NCBI GenBank assembly: GCA_037441705.1
Contig: JBBIRR010000015.1
Location: 1 to 64,000 of the forward strand
DNA from: Ignavibacteriales bacterium
Lineage (GTDB): Bacteria; Bacteroidota; Ignavibacteria; UBA10030; UBA6906
Direction: 5' to 3'
Length of the DNA stretch: 64,000 nt
The notes under the pieces are model-generated. The model was not told the origin of the DNA and did no database searches. It was given only the letters and a program-made list of their open reading frames with translations. Below are positions 17,513-26,536 of this stretch, one piece after another (position 1 is the stretch's first letter; every line of letters starts with the position of its first letter). The translations under genes were made by a program, and so were the position numbers.

Positions 17513-17929
17513 ATGACGCTGGATTTTCCTACACGGCCCGTCACGGTGGACTGCGTGATCTTTCAGGGCGACGATGTTGTGTTGATCAAGCGGGCGCATG
17601 ATCCGTTCAAAGGTTACTATGCACTTCCGGGCGGGTTCGTTGATGTCAACGAAACGGTGGAAGAGGCATGCCGGCGTGAGGTGTTAGAGGAGACCGGTCT
17701 TCCGGTCGGCAACTTGCGTCTGGTGGGCGTGTACTCCGATCCGGCACGCGATACAATCCGCCATACGGTGGCGATTGCCTTTCTGGGCGAGGCGGAGGTT
17801 TCGAACCTCAGGGCGGGTGATGATGCCTCGCACGCTGAACGTGTTCGTGCGTGGCGGACACTCCCCCTCGCGTTCGATCATCGGCGCATTATCGAAGACG
17901 CCTGGCAGATGAAGAATTCGGAACGCTGA
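17513..17929 (+). CDS. NUDIX hydrolase
   Basis: Nudix box 'GGFVDVNETVEEACRREVLEETGL'; 'LAFDH'. Confidence 0.9.
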   Translation: MTLDFPTRPVTVDCVIFQGDDVVLIKRAHDPFKGYYALPGGFVDVNETVEEACRREVLEETGLPVGNLRLVGVYSDPARDTIRHTVAIAFLGEAEVSNLRAGDDASHAERVRAWRTLPLAFDHRRIIEDAWQMKNSER

Positions 17930-18059
17930 CGGCTTACCTCAACGCTTGGCCTCTCAACAGAACTGCACGCTTCGGTGTTGGCCCTTTCTTGCTATTCCTA
18001 CGCTCAATGTCTATATTTTTTCAGGGTACTGGTACTCGGCACAAGCAAGCAAACTCCCC

Positions 18060-19076
18060 ATGACGGTGACGGAAATACAACCGCAGACAGTTCGGGCGCA
18101 TGAAGTGTTCGGCGACTTCTGGTTCAATTCCGAGCCTGTTCTCATTTCGGCGTTGCGAGGACGAGTCGTTTTGGTTGAGTTCTGGGATTTCACGTGCGTC
18201 GGTTCGCTGCGTACGCTTCCGTACGTCAAGGAGTGGCACCGCAAGTATCACGACTACGGGCTTGTCGTCATCGGCGTGCACACCCCGAAATTCCCGTTTG
18301 CGAAAGATCCCGAGCTTGTGCAAAAGGCCGTCGAACGCCTCGGCATTCGTTATCCGGTGGTGATGGACAACGAGGGGATCATCGCAGCGCGCTACGACCA
18401 GCGGACATGGCCGTCCATCGTTCTCATCGACAAGCATGGCTACATCCGCTACCAGAATACCGGCGACGGCAATTACACGACAACCGAACGCGTTCTTCAG
18501 GCGCTTCTGTACGACACGCTCGCCGGAGAAAACCTGCCCACGCTGATGGAGCCGCTGCGCGAAGAAGATCGCGCAGGAGCCGTGCTCTACCGCTCGACGC
18601 CGGAATTGTTTGCGGGCTACGTGCGCGGCAGCATCGGGAACATCGAAGGGTACAGTCCCGAGTCCGTCGTCACGTACGCCGATCCCGAGTTCTATCTCGA
18701 TGATCGAATTTATGCGGCAGGAGCATGGTTGAACGATCGGAACTGTCTGCTGCATTGCGATCGTTCGCCGGCCAGTCTTGTTGTGAGCTATCATGCGACA
18801 GAGGTGGATGCCGTTTTGCGGATGGACGGTGAAGGAGAAGTGGTGATTACGCAGGATGACCGGTACCTGAGTGCTGAGAATAAGGGAGACGACATCCGCA
18901 TTGCCCCGGACGGAAAAAGCACCGTCGCCGTTTCCGGGCCGCGCGCATACCAGCTTGTCAGGAACAGACAATTTGGCGAACACGTCCTTCGCCTTTCGAC
19001 GACGGGGGATGGGTTTGCGCTCTACTCATTCATGTTCGTCTCGAGCGTCATTCCCGAACTCGTCTCCAACACCTGA
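18060..19076 (+). CDS. Redoxin / DipZ-C-terminal-like protein
   Basis: 'LRGRVVLVEFWDFTCVGS', 'GVHTP', 'GDGNY', 'TPELFAG'; C-terminal beta-sandwich ending 'YSFMF'. Confidence 0.8.
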   Translation: MTVTEIQPQTVRAHEVFGDFWFNSEPVLISALRGRVVLVEFWDFTCVGSLRTLPYVKEWHRKYHDYGLVVIGVHTPKFPFAKDPELVQKAVERLGIRYPVVMDNEGIIAARYDQRTWPSIVLIDKHGYIRYQNTGDGNYTTTERVLQALLYDTLAGENLPTLMEPLREEDRAGAVLYRSTPELFAGYVRGSIGNIEGYSPESVVTYADPEFYLDDRIYAAGAWLNDRNCLLHCDRSPASLVVSYHATEVDAVLRMDGEGEVVITQDDRYLSAENKGDDIRIAPDGKSTVAVSGPRAYQLVRNRQFGEHVLRLSTTGDGFALYSFMFVSSVIPELVSNT

Positions 19077-19103
19077 GCAGCTCAAGCACGGAATGTTTGT
19101 GAG

Positions 19104-19136
19104 ACGGCGGGCAGTACGCTCGCCGTTGTTTGTTTT
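19104..19136 (+). terminator. Terminator-like hairpin immediately upstream of metH
   Basis: acggcgggc/gctcgccgt followed by tgtttgtttt. Confidence 0.45.
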
Positions 19137-19146
19137 CGAGTCCGTT

Positions 19147-20967
19147 ATGAAATCCTTTCTCGACATCCTCAACGAAAAAATCATTGTGTTTGATGGAGCC
19201 ACCGGTACGCATCTGCAAAGTCAGCAGTTGACACCGGATGACTTCGGCGGCGAGCATCTCAACGGATGCAACGAGTATCTCGTCGTCTCCAAACCATCGG
19301 CGGTTGAATTGGTGCACAGCGACTACCTCGAAGCGGGCGCCGATGTGATCGAGACCAACTCCTTCGGCGGAACGTCCATCGTGCTGGCCGAATACGGGCT
19401 GGCCGATCGGGCCTACGAGCTGAATCTGAAGGCCGCACGAATTGCCAAGCGCGTTGCGCAGGATTTCTCCCGACCCGATCACCCGCGCTTCGTCGCCGGT
19501 TCGATCGGCCCGACGACGAAACTTCCCTCTCTCGGACATATCAGCTTCAAGCAGATGGCGGCAGCCTACCATGAGCAGGCAAGGGGTTTGGTGGAGGGAG
19601 GAGTTGATCTGCTGTGCGTTGAAACCTGCCAGGATATTCTGCAGGCGAAGGCCGCGCTGTACGGCATCTTCGACTATTTCGAGCAAGCGCGCCGACGCGT
19701 TCCGGTCATCGTCTCGGTGACGGTCGAGACGACGGGTACGCTTCTTCTCGGCACGGAAATCTCCGCAGCGCTCACATCGCTCGAGCCGTACGACGTGGAC
19801 GTCATCGGAATGAACTGTGCAACGGGACCCGCGGAGATGTCCGAACACGTGCGTGTGTTGTGCAGCAGCAGCCCGAAGCCGGTGTTCGTCATGCCCAACG
19901 CAGGAATTCCCGAGAACGTCGGCGGGCGCGCACACTACAAGCTCACGCCCGAAGAGCTTGCCCACTTCATGACCCATTTTGTGACCGACCTGGGCGTAAG
20001 CATTGTGGGTGGATGTTGCGGGACGACAAAGGAACACATTCGGCACCTTGCGCGGGCCGTCGGCGGATTGGCTCCGCAACAGCGGAGGATTGAGTTCATC
20101 CCCAGCGCCTCCAGTCTGTATCAATCTGTTCCGCTGACCATCAACCCGCCGCCGGTGCTCATCGGCGAGCGCACGAACGCCAACGGCAGCAAGCAGTTCA
20201 GGGATCTTCTCGCACGAGAGGATTGGGAAGGAATTGTTGCCATGGGACGTGAAGCGGTAAAGGAAGGTGCTCACATGGTGGATGTCTGCGCGGCGTATGT
20301 GGGCCGCAACGAAGCGAAGGACATGCACGAGATCATCTTCCGCTTCAACACGCAGGTGCCGCTGCCGATCGTCATTGATTCGACCGAAGCAAACGTGATC
20401 GAAGAGGCGCTGCAGCTTATCGGCGGCAAGGCAATCGTCAACTCCATCAATCTCGAAGATGGCGAGAAAAGGATTGACGACGTCGTGCCTCTCTGCAAGA
20501 AATACGGCGCGGCCGTCATTGCCCTCACGATTGATGAACAGGGAATGGCCAAGACAGCACAGCGGAAGCTTGCCGTCGCGCGACGCATCTACGATCTCGT
20601 GGTCAACAAATATGCGATGAAACCGCACGATCTCATCTTCGACACGCTGACGTTCACGCTCGGCTCGGGTGATGAAGAATTCCGCCGTGCCGGCATTGAA
20701 ACGCTGGAGGCGATTCGTCTAATCAAGAAAGAATTTCCCGGTGTGAAGACCATCCTCGGCATCAGCAACATTTCGTTCGGGCTGGCTCCGCATGTCCGGC
20801 ATGTCCTGAACTCGGTGTTCCTGCACTACGCCATCGAAGCAGGGCTTGACATGGCCATCGTGCATGCATCGAAGATCATGCCGCTGTATAAGATCGACGA
20901 GCGGGGACGGGAGCTGTGCCGGCAGTTGATTTTTGATGAGAGGAAGTATGAAGAGGTGGTCGCGTGA
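19147..20967 (+). CDS. metH: Methionine synthase N-terminal half (homocysteine-binding and pterin-binding domains)
   Basis: 'FDGATGT', 'NCATGP', 'GGCCGT', 'IGERTNANGSK', 'IDST', 'GISNISFG'. Confidence 0.9.
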   Translation: MKSFLDILNEKIIVFDGATGTHLQSQQLTPDDFGGEHLNGCNEYLVVSKPSAVELVHSDYLEAGADVIETNSFGGTSIVLAEYGLADRAYELNLKAARIAKRVAQDFSRPDHPRFVAGSIGPTTKLPSLGHISFKQMAAAYHEQARGLVEGGVDLLCVETCQDILQAKAALYGIFDYFEQARRRVPVIVSVTVETTGTLLLGTEISAALTSLEPYDVDVIGMNCATGPAEMSEHVRVLCSSSPKPVFVMPNAGIPENVGGRAHYKLTPEELAHFMTHFVTDLGVSIVGGCCGTTKEHIRHLARAVGGLAPQQRRIEFIPSASSLYQSVPLTINPPPVLIGERTNANGSKQFRDLLAREDWEGIVAMGREAVKEGAHMVDVCAAYVGRNEAKDMHEIIFRFNTQVPLPIVIDSTEANVIEEALQLIGGKAIVNSINLEDGEKRIDDVVPLCKKYGAAVIALTIDEQGMAKTAQRKLAVARRIYDLVVNKYAMKPHDLIFDTLTFTLGSGDEEFRRAGIETLEAIRLIKKEFPGVKTILGISNISFGLAPHVRHVLNSVFLHYAIEAGLDMAIVHASKIMPLYKIDERGRELCRQLIFDERKYEEVVA

Positions 20968-21063
20968 GGACGCGGTTGATGTTGAGGAGTAATGGATTTG
21001 TGGAGTGCTGGATCGTTGGGCATGGGTGTGTGTTCGCAATCTGGCGAAGAGTATTTTGAAAAG

Positions 21064-22803
21064 ATGGCTGATCAATCTCAAAAGACTCTGAAAGTCACAT
21101 ACGATCCTCTCACGGAGCTGATGGCGTACTACGCCGACAAGAAGGGCGAGAAGAAGGAAAAAGCCGTTCGCGCCGGGACGGTTGAAGAACGCCTCAAGAA
21201 CCGCATCATTGACGGCGACAAGGTACAGATGCAGGCCGACCTTGACGAGGCGCTGAAGAAGTACTCGGCGTTGGATATCATCAACACGATTCTGCTGGAT
21301 GGGATGAAGGTGGTCGGCGAGTTGTTCGGCAGCGGACAAATGCAGCTGCCGTTCGTGCTGCAATCCGCCGAAACCATGAAAGCGGCCGTCGCGTATCTCG
21401 AACAGTTCATGGACAAAGCCGACTCTACGAGCAAGGGAACGTTTGTGATCGCAACCGTCAAGGGCGACGTTCATGACATCGGCAAGAATCTCGTCGACAT
21501 CATTCTTACCAACAACGGCTACAAGGTGATCAACCTCGGCATCAAGTGTCCGGTGGAGACAATGCTGCACGCCGCCGAAGAGCACCGCGCACACGCCATC
21601 GGAATGAGCGGCCTGCTCGTCAAATCCACGCTCATCATGAAAGAGAATCTTGAAGTGATGAACGAGCGCAACGTGACGATTCCTGTGGTGCTGGGTGGTG
21701 CCGCCCTCACGCGCCGCTATGTCGAGGAGGACTTACGTTCCATCTACAAGGGCAAGGTCTTCTACGCCAACGACGCGTTCGATGGACTGCATTTCATGGA
21801 GAAGGTCACCACGGGAACACTGGACTATCCGTCATCGGGGGAGGGTAACGAATCTGACGAAGAGAAACTAACCGGCGCCGAGGCGAAGATCGCGATGGCG
21901 ATGAAGCAGGAAGGTTCTGTCTCTCGCGTTCAGCAGCAGAACGCTGCCGACGTCGGAACCGCGGGCCGTGGCTCGACGCGCGTTTCCGCCGTTCGACGTG
22001 ATGTTCCCATCCCCAATCCTCCTTTTTGGGGGACGAAAGTCGTTGAGGACATCTCGCTGGACGAGGTTTTTCGATACGTCAACGATGTTGCCTTGATTCG
22101 CGGACAGTGGCAGGTACGCAAAGGGAAGCTGCAGGAAGACGAATACCGAAGGTTGTTGGAGGAAAAAATCTATCCCGACTACGAGAATCTGAAATCGAAA
22201 ATCAAATCCGACAAACTGCTCCGGCCGAAAGTCGTGTACGGCTACTTTCCCTGCCAATCCGACGGCAACGATCTCATCATCTATCATGATGATCTGAAAC
22301 GGGAACGCATGCGGTTCACCTTCCCGCGGCAGCGGGATGATCGCTTCCTCTGTCTCGCCGATTACTTTGCTTCGGTCGAATCCGGTCGGATGGACGTCGT
22401 GGCCTTCCATCTCGTTACCATGGGGACGGTTGCATCCGAACACTCGGCTCGGCTCTTTGCCGCAAACAACTACAAGGAGTACCTCTACTTCCACGGACTC
22501 AGCGTCGAGTCTGCCGAAGCGCTTGCCGAGCTATGGCACAAAAAGATTCGCGAAGAGCTGGGCATTGCCGGCAGCGACGCGCAGGACATTCGCCGTCTCT
22601 TCTCGCAAGGCTATCAAGGTGCCCGGTATAGTTTCGGGTATCCTGCGTGTCCCAATCTTGAAGATCAGGCAAAGCTGATGCAGCTTCTTGACGGCGAGCG
22701 CATCGGCGTTCGTCTCACGGATGAGTTCCAACTTGTACCTGAACAAAGCACGACGGCGATCATCGTGCATCATCCGGAAGCACGGTACTTCAACATTCGG
22801 TAA
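21064..22803 (+). CDS. metH: Methionine synthase C-terminal half (cap, B12-binding and AdoMet reactivation domains)
   Basis: 'QLPFVLQSAE', 'TVKGDVHDIGKN', 'SGLL', 'GGA', 'RYSFGYPACP', 'PEQST'. Confidence 0.9.
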   Translation: MADQSQKTLKVTYDPLTELMAYYADKKGEKKEKAVRAGTVEERLKNRIIDGDKVQMQADLDEALKKYSALDIINTILLDGMKVVGELFGSGQMQLPFVLQSAETMKAAVAYLEQFMDKADSTSKGTFVIATVKGDVHDIGKNLVDIILTNNGYKVINLGIKCPVETMLHAAEEHRAHAIGMSGLLVKSTLIMKENLEVMNERNVTIPVVLGGAALTRRYVEEDLRSIYKGKVFYANDAFDGLHFMEKVTTGTLDYPSSGEGNESDEEKLTGAEAKIAMAMKQEGSVSRVQQQNAADVGTAGRGSTRVSAVRRDVPIPNPPFWGTKVVEDISLDEVFRYVNDVALIRGQWQVRKGKLQEDEYRRLLEEKIYPDYENLKSKIKSDKLLRPKVVYGYFPCQSDGNDLIIYHDDLKRERMRFTFPRQRDDRFLCLADYFASVESGRMDVVAFHLVTMGTVASEHSARLFAANNYKEYLYFHGLSVESAEALAELWHKKIREELGIAGSDAQDIRRLFSQGYQGARYSFGYPACPNLEDQAKLMQLLDGERIGVRLTDEFQLVPEQSTTAIIVHHPEARYFNIR

Positions 22804-22922
22804 CGCCGCCGAAACCGCACAACTGACTTGCCGTACCATGACCGGCACCGATTGTCGTTGCTGCGCGTCCTTGGTCATCGTCCTTTTCGCAAACCACAAG
22901 GTTCACCCATGAGGAGAACAAC

Positions 22923-25349
22923 ATGAAGCCCCTTGCCTTTGTGTTTTTTATGGTTGGATTTGGCTCGGCTGCACTCGGCCAGACCTTTTCGTCGTATCAC
23001 TCCACTGCCGATCTGTCGCTCGCATCGCCCGGCGCGCTGCGAGTGGGATTGTACGGGTTTGACAATCCCGCGATGCTCACGTATCTCCACCAACCGGACG
23101 TCGAGTTTATCCTGTCGGATGCCGGCGGCACGTGGAGCGACCTTAACCGGTGGGGGCTGTTTGCGGCCGTCCCGAATTTCGGATTCGGGCTTGTCAAAAC
23201 AAAAGTCGGCCCCGTTTCTGTCAACGACTACCGGCTTGCGCTCAGCTTCGGGAACAGAGACCTTGGCATAGGCCTCGGCTATGGATTCAGCGGAGGCGAT
23301 CGCTCGGCGTTGGATCGTCGGAACGTCGTCACACTCGGAGCGCTTCTTCGTCCTGATCAGTACGTCTCCGTCGGCCTCGTCGGCAACGCCACGACCTCGG
23401 GCGGCAGAACGGAGGTTGCCCTCGACCTCGGGATCAGACCGTTGGGAGATGAGATGATAACGCTGTTCGCCGATTATGCTCTGCAGAATACCCAAACGCT
23501 GAAGCAGGGAAGCTGGAGCTACGGCGCCGTCGTCGAAGCCCTGCCCGGCATCCGGCTCACGGGACGAGTCTTCAACACGCACGCGTTTGCCATCGGTCTC
23601 TCACTCAGTTTCGGGAATGCGAACATCGCGGCTCATTCTACATGGGACAGAAACTCGCGGCACGCATTCAACACCTACAGCATCCGTCTCGGCGCGTACG
23701 ACAGAACCGTTCTGACGAGACTTATGAAACGATCGAAGTATCTGGAGATGAATCTGAACGGAGCAATGAAGTACCAACGCTTTGTTCTTTTCGATAACGC
23801 CAACACCTTGCGGAACACGCTCGACGCCATCACGGCAGCCCAGGCGGATGAGACCGTTGCAGGCATTGCCATCAACACCTCGGGCATGCAGATCAATCGC
23901 GAGATGTTGTGGGAGATGCGAGAGAAGCTTAAGGAGTTCAAAGCATCGGGCAAGAGGGTTGTGGTCTTCGTGGACCGTCCGTCGTTGGAAGACTATCGCT
24001 TTGCGACCGTGGCGGATAAGATCGTTCTTGATCCGACGGGAATCATTACGCTGCCCGGTTATATCGTGGGCAGCACGTTCCTGAAAGGGACGCTTGAAAA
24101 GCTCGGCATCGGATTCGATGAATGGAGGTTCTTCACGTACAAGTCGGCCTACGAGCCGTTCTCGCGCGATCACATGTCGGATGCGGACAGAGAACAGAAG
24201 CAGAAGTTTGTGAACGATCTCTATGCCGGAGCGAGGCAGGACATCTGTGACGGTCGAGGTTTCAGTCCCGATCGCTTCGATCGCATGGTCGATGATGAAG
24301 TGTTGTATCTTCCGCAGGAAGCACGTGCAAAGGGACTCGTCGACACGTTAGGTCGCTGGGAGGAAGTGAAGGATATGGTGAAGAAGCTCGAAGGAGAGAA
24401 CAAGAGGATGATCGGAGCCGGCTCGCTCGCGCAATTCAATCTGCCGCCCGACCATCGGTGGGGTGAGCGCCCTCGCATCGCCGTCATCTACGCGCTGGGA
24501 GTGTGTGCGATGGATGAAGGCATCAAAGCCCGATCGCTGGTGAAGGATGTGGAAGCCGCAGCCGAAGATCCGGGAATCAGAGCCATCGTGCTGCGCGTGG
24601 ACTCGCCCGGCGGCGATGGGATGGCCTCCGATTACATTGCCGAAGCACTCAAGAAAGCGCGGAAGAAGAAGCCGGTCATCGTCTCACAGGGATACGTGGC
24701 AGGCTCCGGCGGTTACTGGCTTTCGATGTATGCCGATACCATCGTTGCGGCGCCGAACACGATCACAGGCTCCATCGGCGTGATCGGCGGCTGGATGTAC
24801 AACAAGGAAGCAAAAGAAAAGCTGGGCATGAGCACCGATCGTGTGCAGGCCGGCAAGCACGCCGATCTCGGGTTCGGGTTCCGCCTTCCGTTCCTGGGTG
24901 TCGGCCTTCCCGACCGCAATCTCACCGCAGAGGAACGCGCCGTCATTGAACGTTCGATTCGATCCTTCTATCAATTGTTCGTAGAGAAAGTAGCAGAAGG
25001 AAGAAGAACCTCGGCGGACAACATCGAGCCTCTTGCTCAAGGACGATTTTATTCCGGAACGGAGGGCAAGCAGATCGGGCTGGTTGATGTTCTGGGCGGC
25101 ATGGACGACGCACTTCGCATCGCGCGGCAGAAAGCAGGCATCAAGGATGAAGAGGAAGTGAGGATTATCGAACTGCCGCGTCCCCGGCTCATTGATTGGT
25201 CCGGACTTCTTCCGTCGCCTTTGGCAACGACGCAGCCGAGTGCAGCAGACGGGTTTGTGCAGCATCTCAAATTCCTCTTAGATCATAATGGCCAACCCTT
25301 GCCGCTGATGCCGTTGGATGTGCTCGACTTCGACGTTCCGACGGAATGA
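22923..25349 (+). CDS. sppA: Signal peptide peptidase SppA (S49, two-domain) with an N-terminal beta-rich extension
   Basis: 'YKSA' (Lys), 'RVDSPGG', 'AGSGGY' (Ser), 'TITGSIGV', 'GLVD.LGG'. Confidence 0.85.
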   Translation: MKPLAFVFFMVGFGSAALGQTFSSYHSTADLSLASPGALRVGLYGFDNPAMLTYLHQPDVEFILSDAGGTWSDLNRWGLFAAVPNFGFGLVKTKVGPVSVNDYRLALSFGNRDLGIGLGYGFSGGDRSALDRRNVVTLGALLRPDQYVSVGLVGNATTSGGRTEVALDLGIRPLGDEMITLFADYALQNTQTLKQGSWSYGAVVEALPGIRLTGRVFNTHAFAIGLSLSFGNANIAAHSTWDRNSRHAFNTYSIRLGAYDRTVLTRLMKRSKYLEMNLNGAMKYQRFVLFDNANTLRNTLDAITAAQADETVAGIAINTSGMQINREMLWEMREKLKEFKASGKRVVVFVDRPSLEDYRFATVADKIVLDPTGIITLPGYIVGSTFLKGTLEKLGIGFDEWRFFTYKSAYEPFSRDHMSDADREQKQKFVNDLYAGARQDICDGRGFSPDRFDRMVDDEVLYLPQEARAKGLVDTLGRWEEVKDMVKKLEGENKRMIGAGSLAQFNLPPDHRWGERPRIAVIYALGVCAMDEGIKARSLVKDVEAAAEDPGIRAIVLRVDSPGGDGMASDYIAEALKKARKKKPVIVSQGYVAGSGGYWLSMYADTIVAAPNTITGSIGVIGGWMYNKEAKEKLGMSTDRVQAGKHADLGFGFRLPFLGVGLPDRNLTAEERAVIERSIRSFYQLFVEKVAEGRRTSADNIEPLAQGRFYSGTEGKQIGLVDVLGGMDDALRIARQKAGIKDEEEVRIIELPRPRLIDWSGLLPSPLATTQPSAADGFVQHLKFLLDHNGQPLPLMPLDVLDFDVPTE

Positions 25350-25529
25350 GACAGAGTTGCTCAGGCGCGAGCAGAGAACATCTCGGCATGGTGTTTGGGC
25401 AGATGCGCGCCCGATGCTGTGGTGACATTCTTCCGTTTTTTCCGTAGCTTGTAGCAGTTTGTTGATGGGCGGCTCGGCTCGGTAACTCCAACAACCACAA
25501 CAGATTGCGCTCACACGCTTCTTGAGTCT

Positions 25530-26444
25530 ATGCGCATACTCGTTTTTGGTGCCGATGGTGGAGGAACGAAAACGCTCGGCATCCTCGCGGATCAGGAGGG
25601 CAAGATTCTTGCTCAAAGAACAGCCGGTGCTTCCAACGTCAATGTTGTGGGGATGGATCGTGCAGCGCGGACGCTGTACGAGCTGCTGCAGGATTGTTGT
25701 TCGGATGCCGGATGTACGATCGCAGAGCTTCGCGCAATTGTGCTGGGGTTGGCGGGAGCCGGACGTGAGGAGAATCGGAATCGTCTCAGCGAACGGCTCT
25801 GCGCACTCGCCGGAAGGCCGCTTCCGCTTCTGATCGAAACCGATGCACGCGTTGCACTCGAAGGCGCGTTTGATGGTGGACCCGGGGTGGTGATCATCGC
25901 CGGCACCGGCTCGATCGTGATGGGCAAGAATGCCGCAGGCGACATTGCTTCGGTCGGCGGGTGGGGCAGAGTGTTGGGCGATGAAGGAAGCGGCTACTGG
26001 TTGGGACGCGAAGCCGTGAGGTCGCTGACCCGCTACTACGACGGCCGCAACGGATCGCCGATGCTGGCCGAAATGATCGGGAAAGAATTCGGATTGGATT
26101 CGCGTGAGCGGATTGTTGCTGCAGCCTATCAAGAAGAGTTCGATTTCGCTGCGCTGGCGCCGGTAGTGTTGAGAGCAGCAGAGATGAACGACAGCGACGC
26201 GATGGAGATTCTTGCCACGGGTGCAAAGGAGCTGGCCGAACAGGTCCGCGCAGTTGTTGAACGCTTCAGCGAGCGCGTGCCGATTGCGCTGTTAGGATCG
26301 CTCCTGGAGAATGAGAACGTCTATTCGAGGATCGTGAAAGCGCGCGTAGCCGAATGCATTCCCTCGGCTGCGATCTGCATGCCGCTGCATTCGCCCGCCG
26401 TGGGGGCAGTGTTGATGGGTATACGGCGACTTCCGAGCTTGTGA
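25530..26444 (+). CDS. BadF/BadG/BcrA/BcrD-type sugar kinase (GlcNAc/MurNAc kinase-like)
   Basis: 'DGGGTKT', 'GLAG', 'IAGTGS', 'GGWG..LGDEGSG'. Confidence 0.85.
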   Translation: MRILVFGADGGGTKTLGILADQEGKILAQRTAGASNVNVVGMDRAARTLYELLQDCCSDAGCTIAELRAIVLGLAGAGREENRNRLSERLCALAGRPLPLLIETDARVALEGAFDGGPGVVIIAGTGSIVMGKNAAGDIASVGGWGRVLGDEGSGYWLGREAVRSLTRYYDGRNGSPMLAEMIGKEFGLDSRERIVAAAYQEEFDFAALAPVVLRAAEMNDSDAMEILATGAKELAEQVRAVVERFSERVPIALLGSLLENENVYSRIVKARVAECIPSAAICMPLHSPAVGAVLMGIRRLPSL

Positions 26445-26536
26445 CAGCAGCCCGTCGCAAAGCGAAATCGAAGATACGATGACTTATCGACGATCTGAAA
26501 TCTGAAGTTCCACACAACCACATGAGGTGAACACGT

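Noticed and set aside
20965-21063. Selenocysteine or stop read-through joining the metH halves
   Set aside because: Three in-frame TGA codons, and the intervening translation is not MetH-like.
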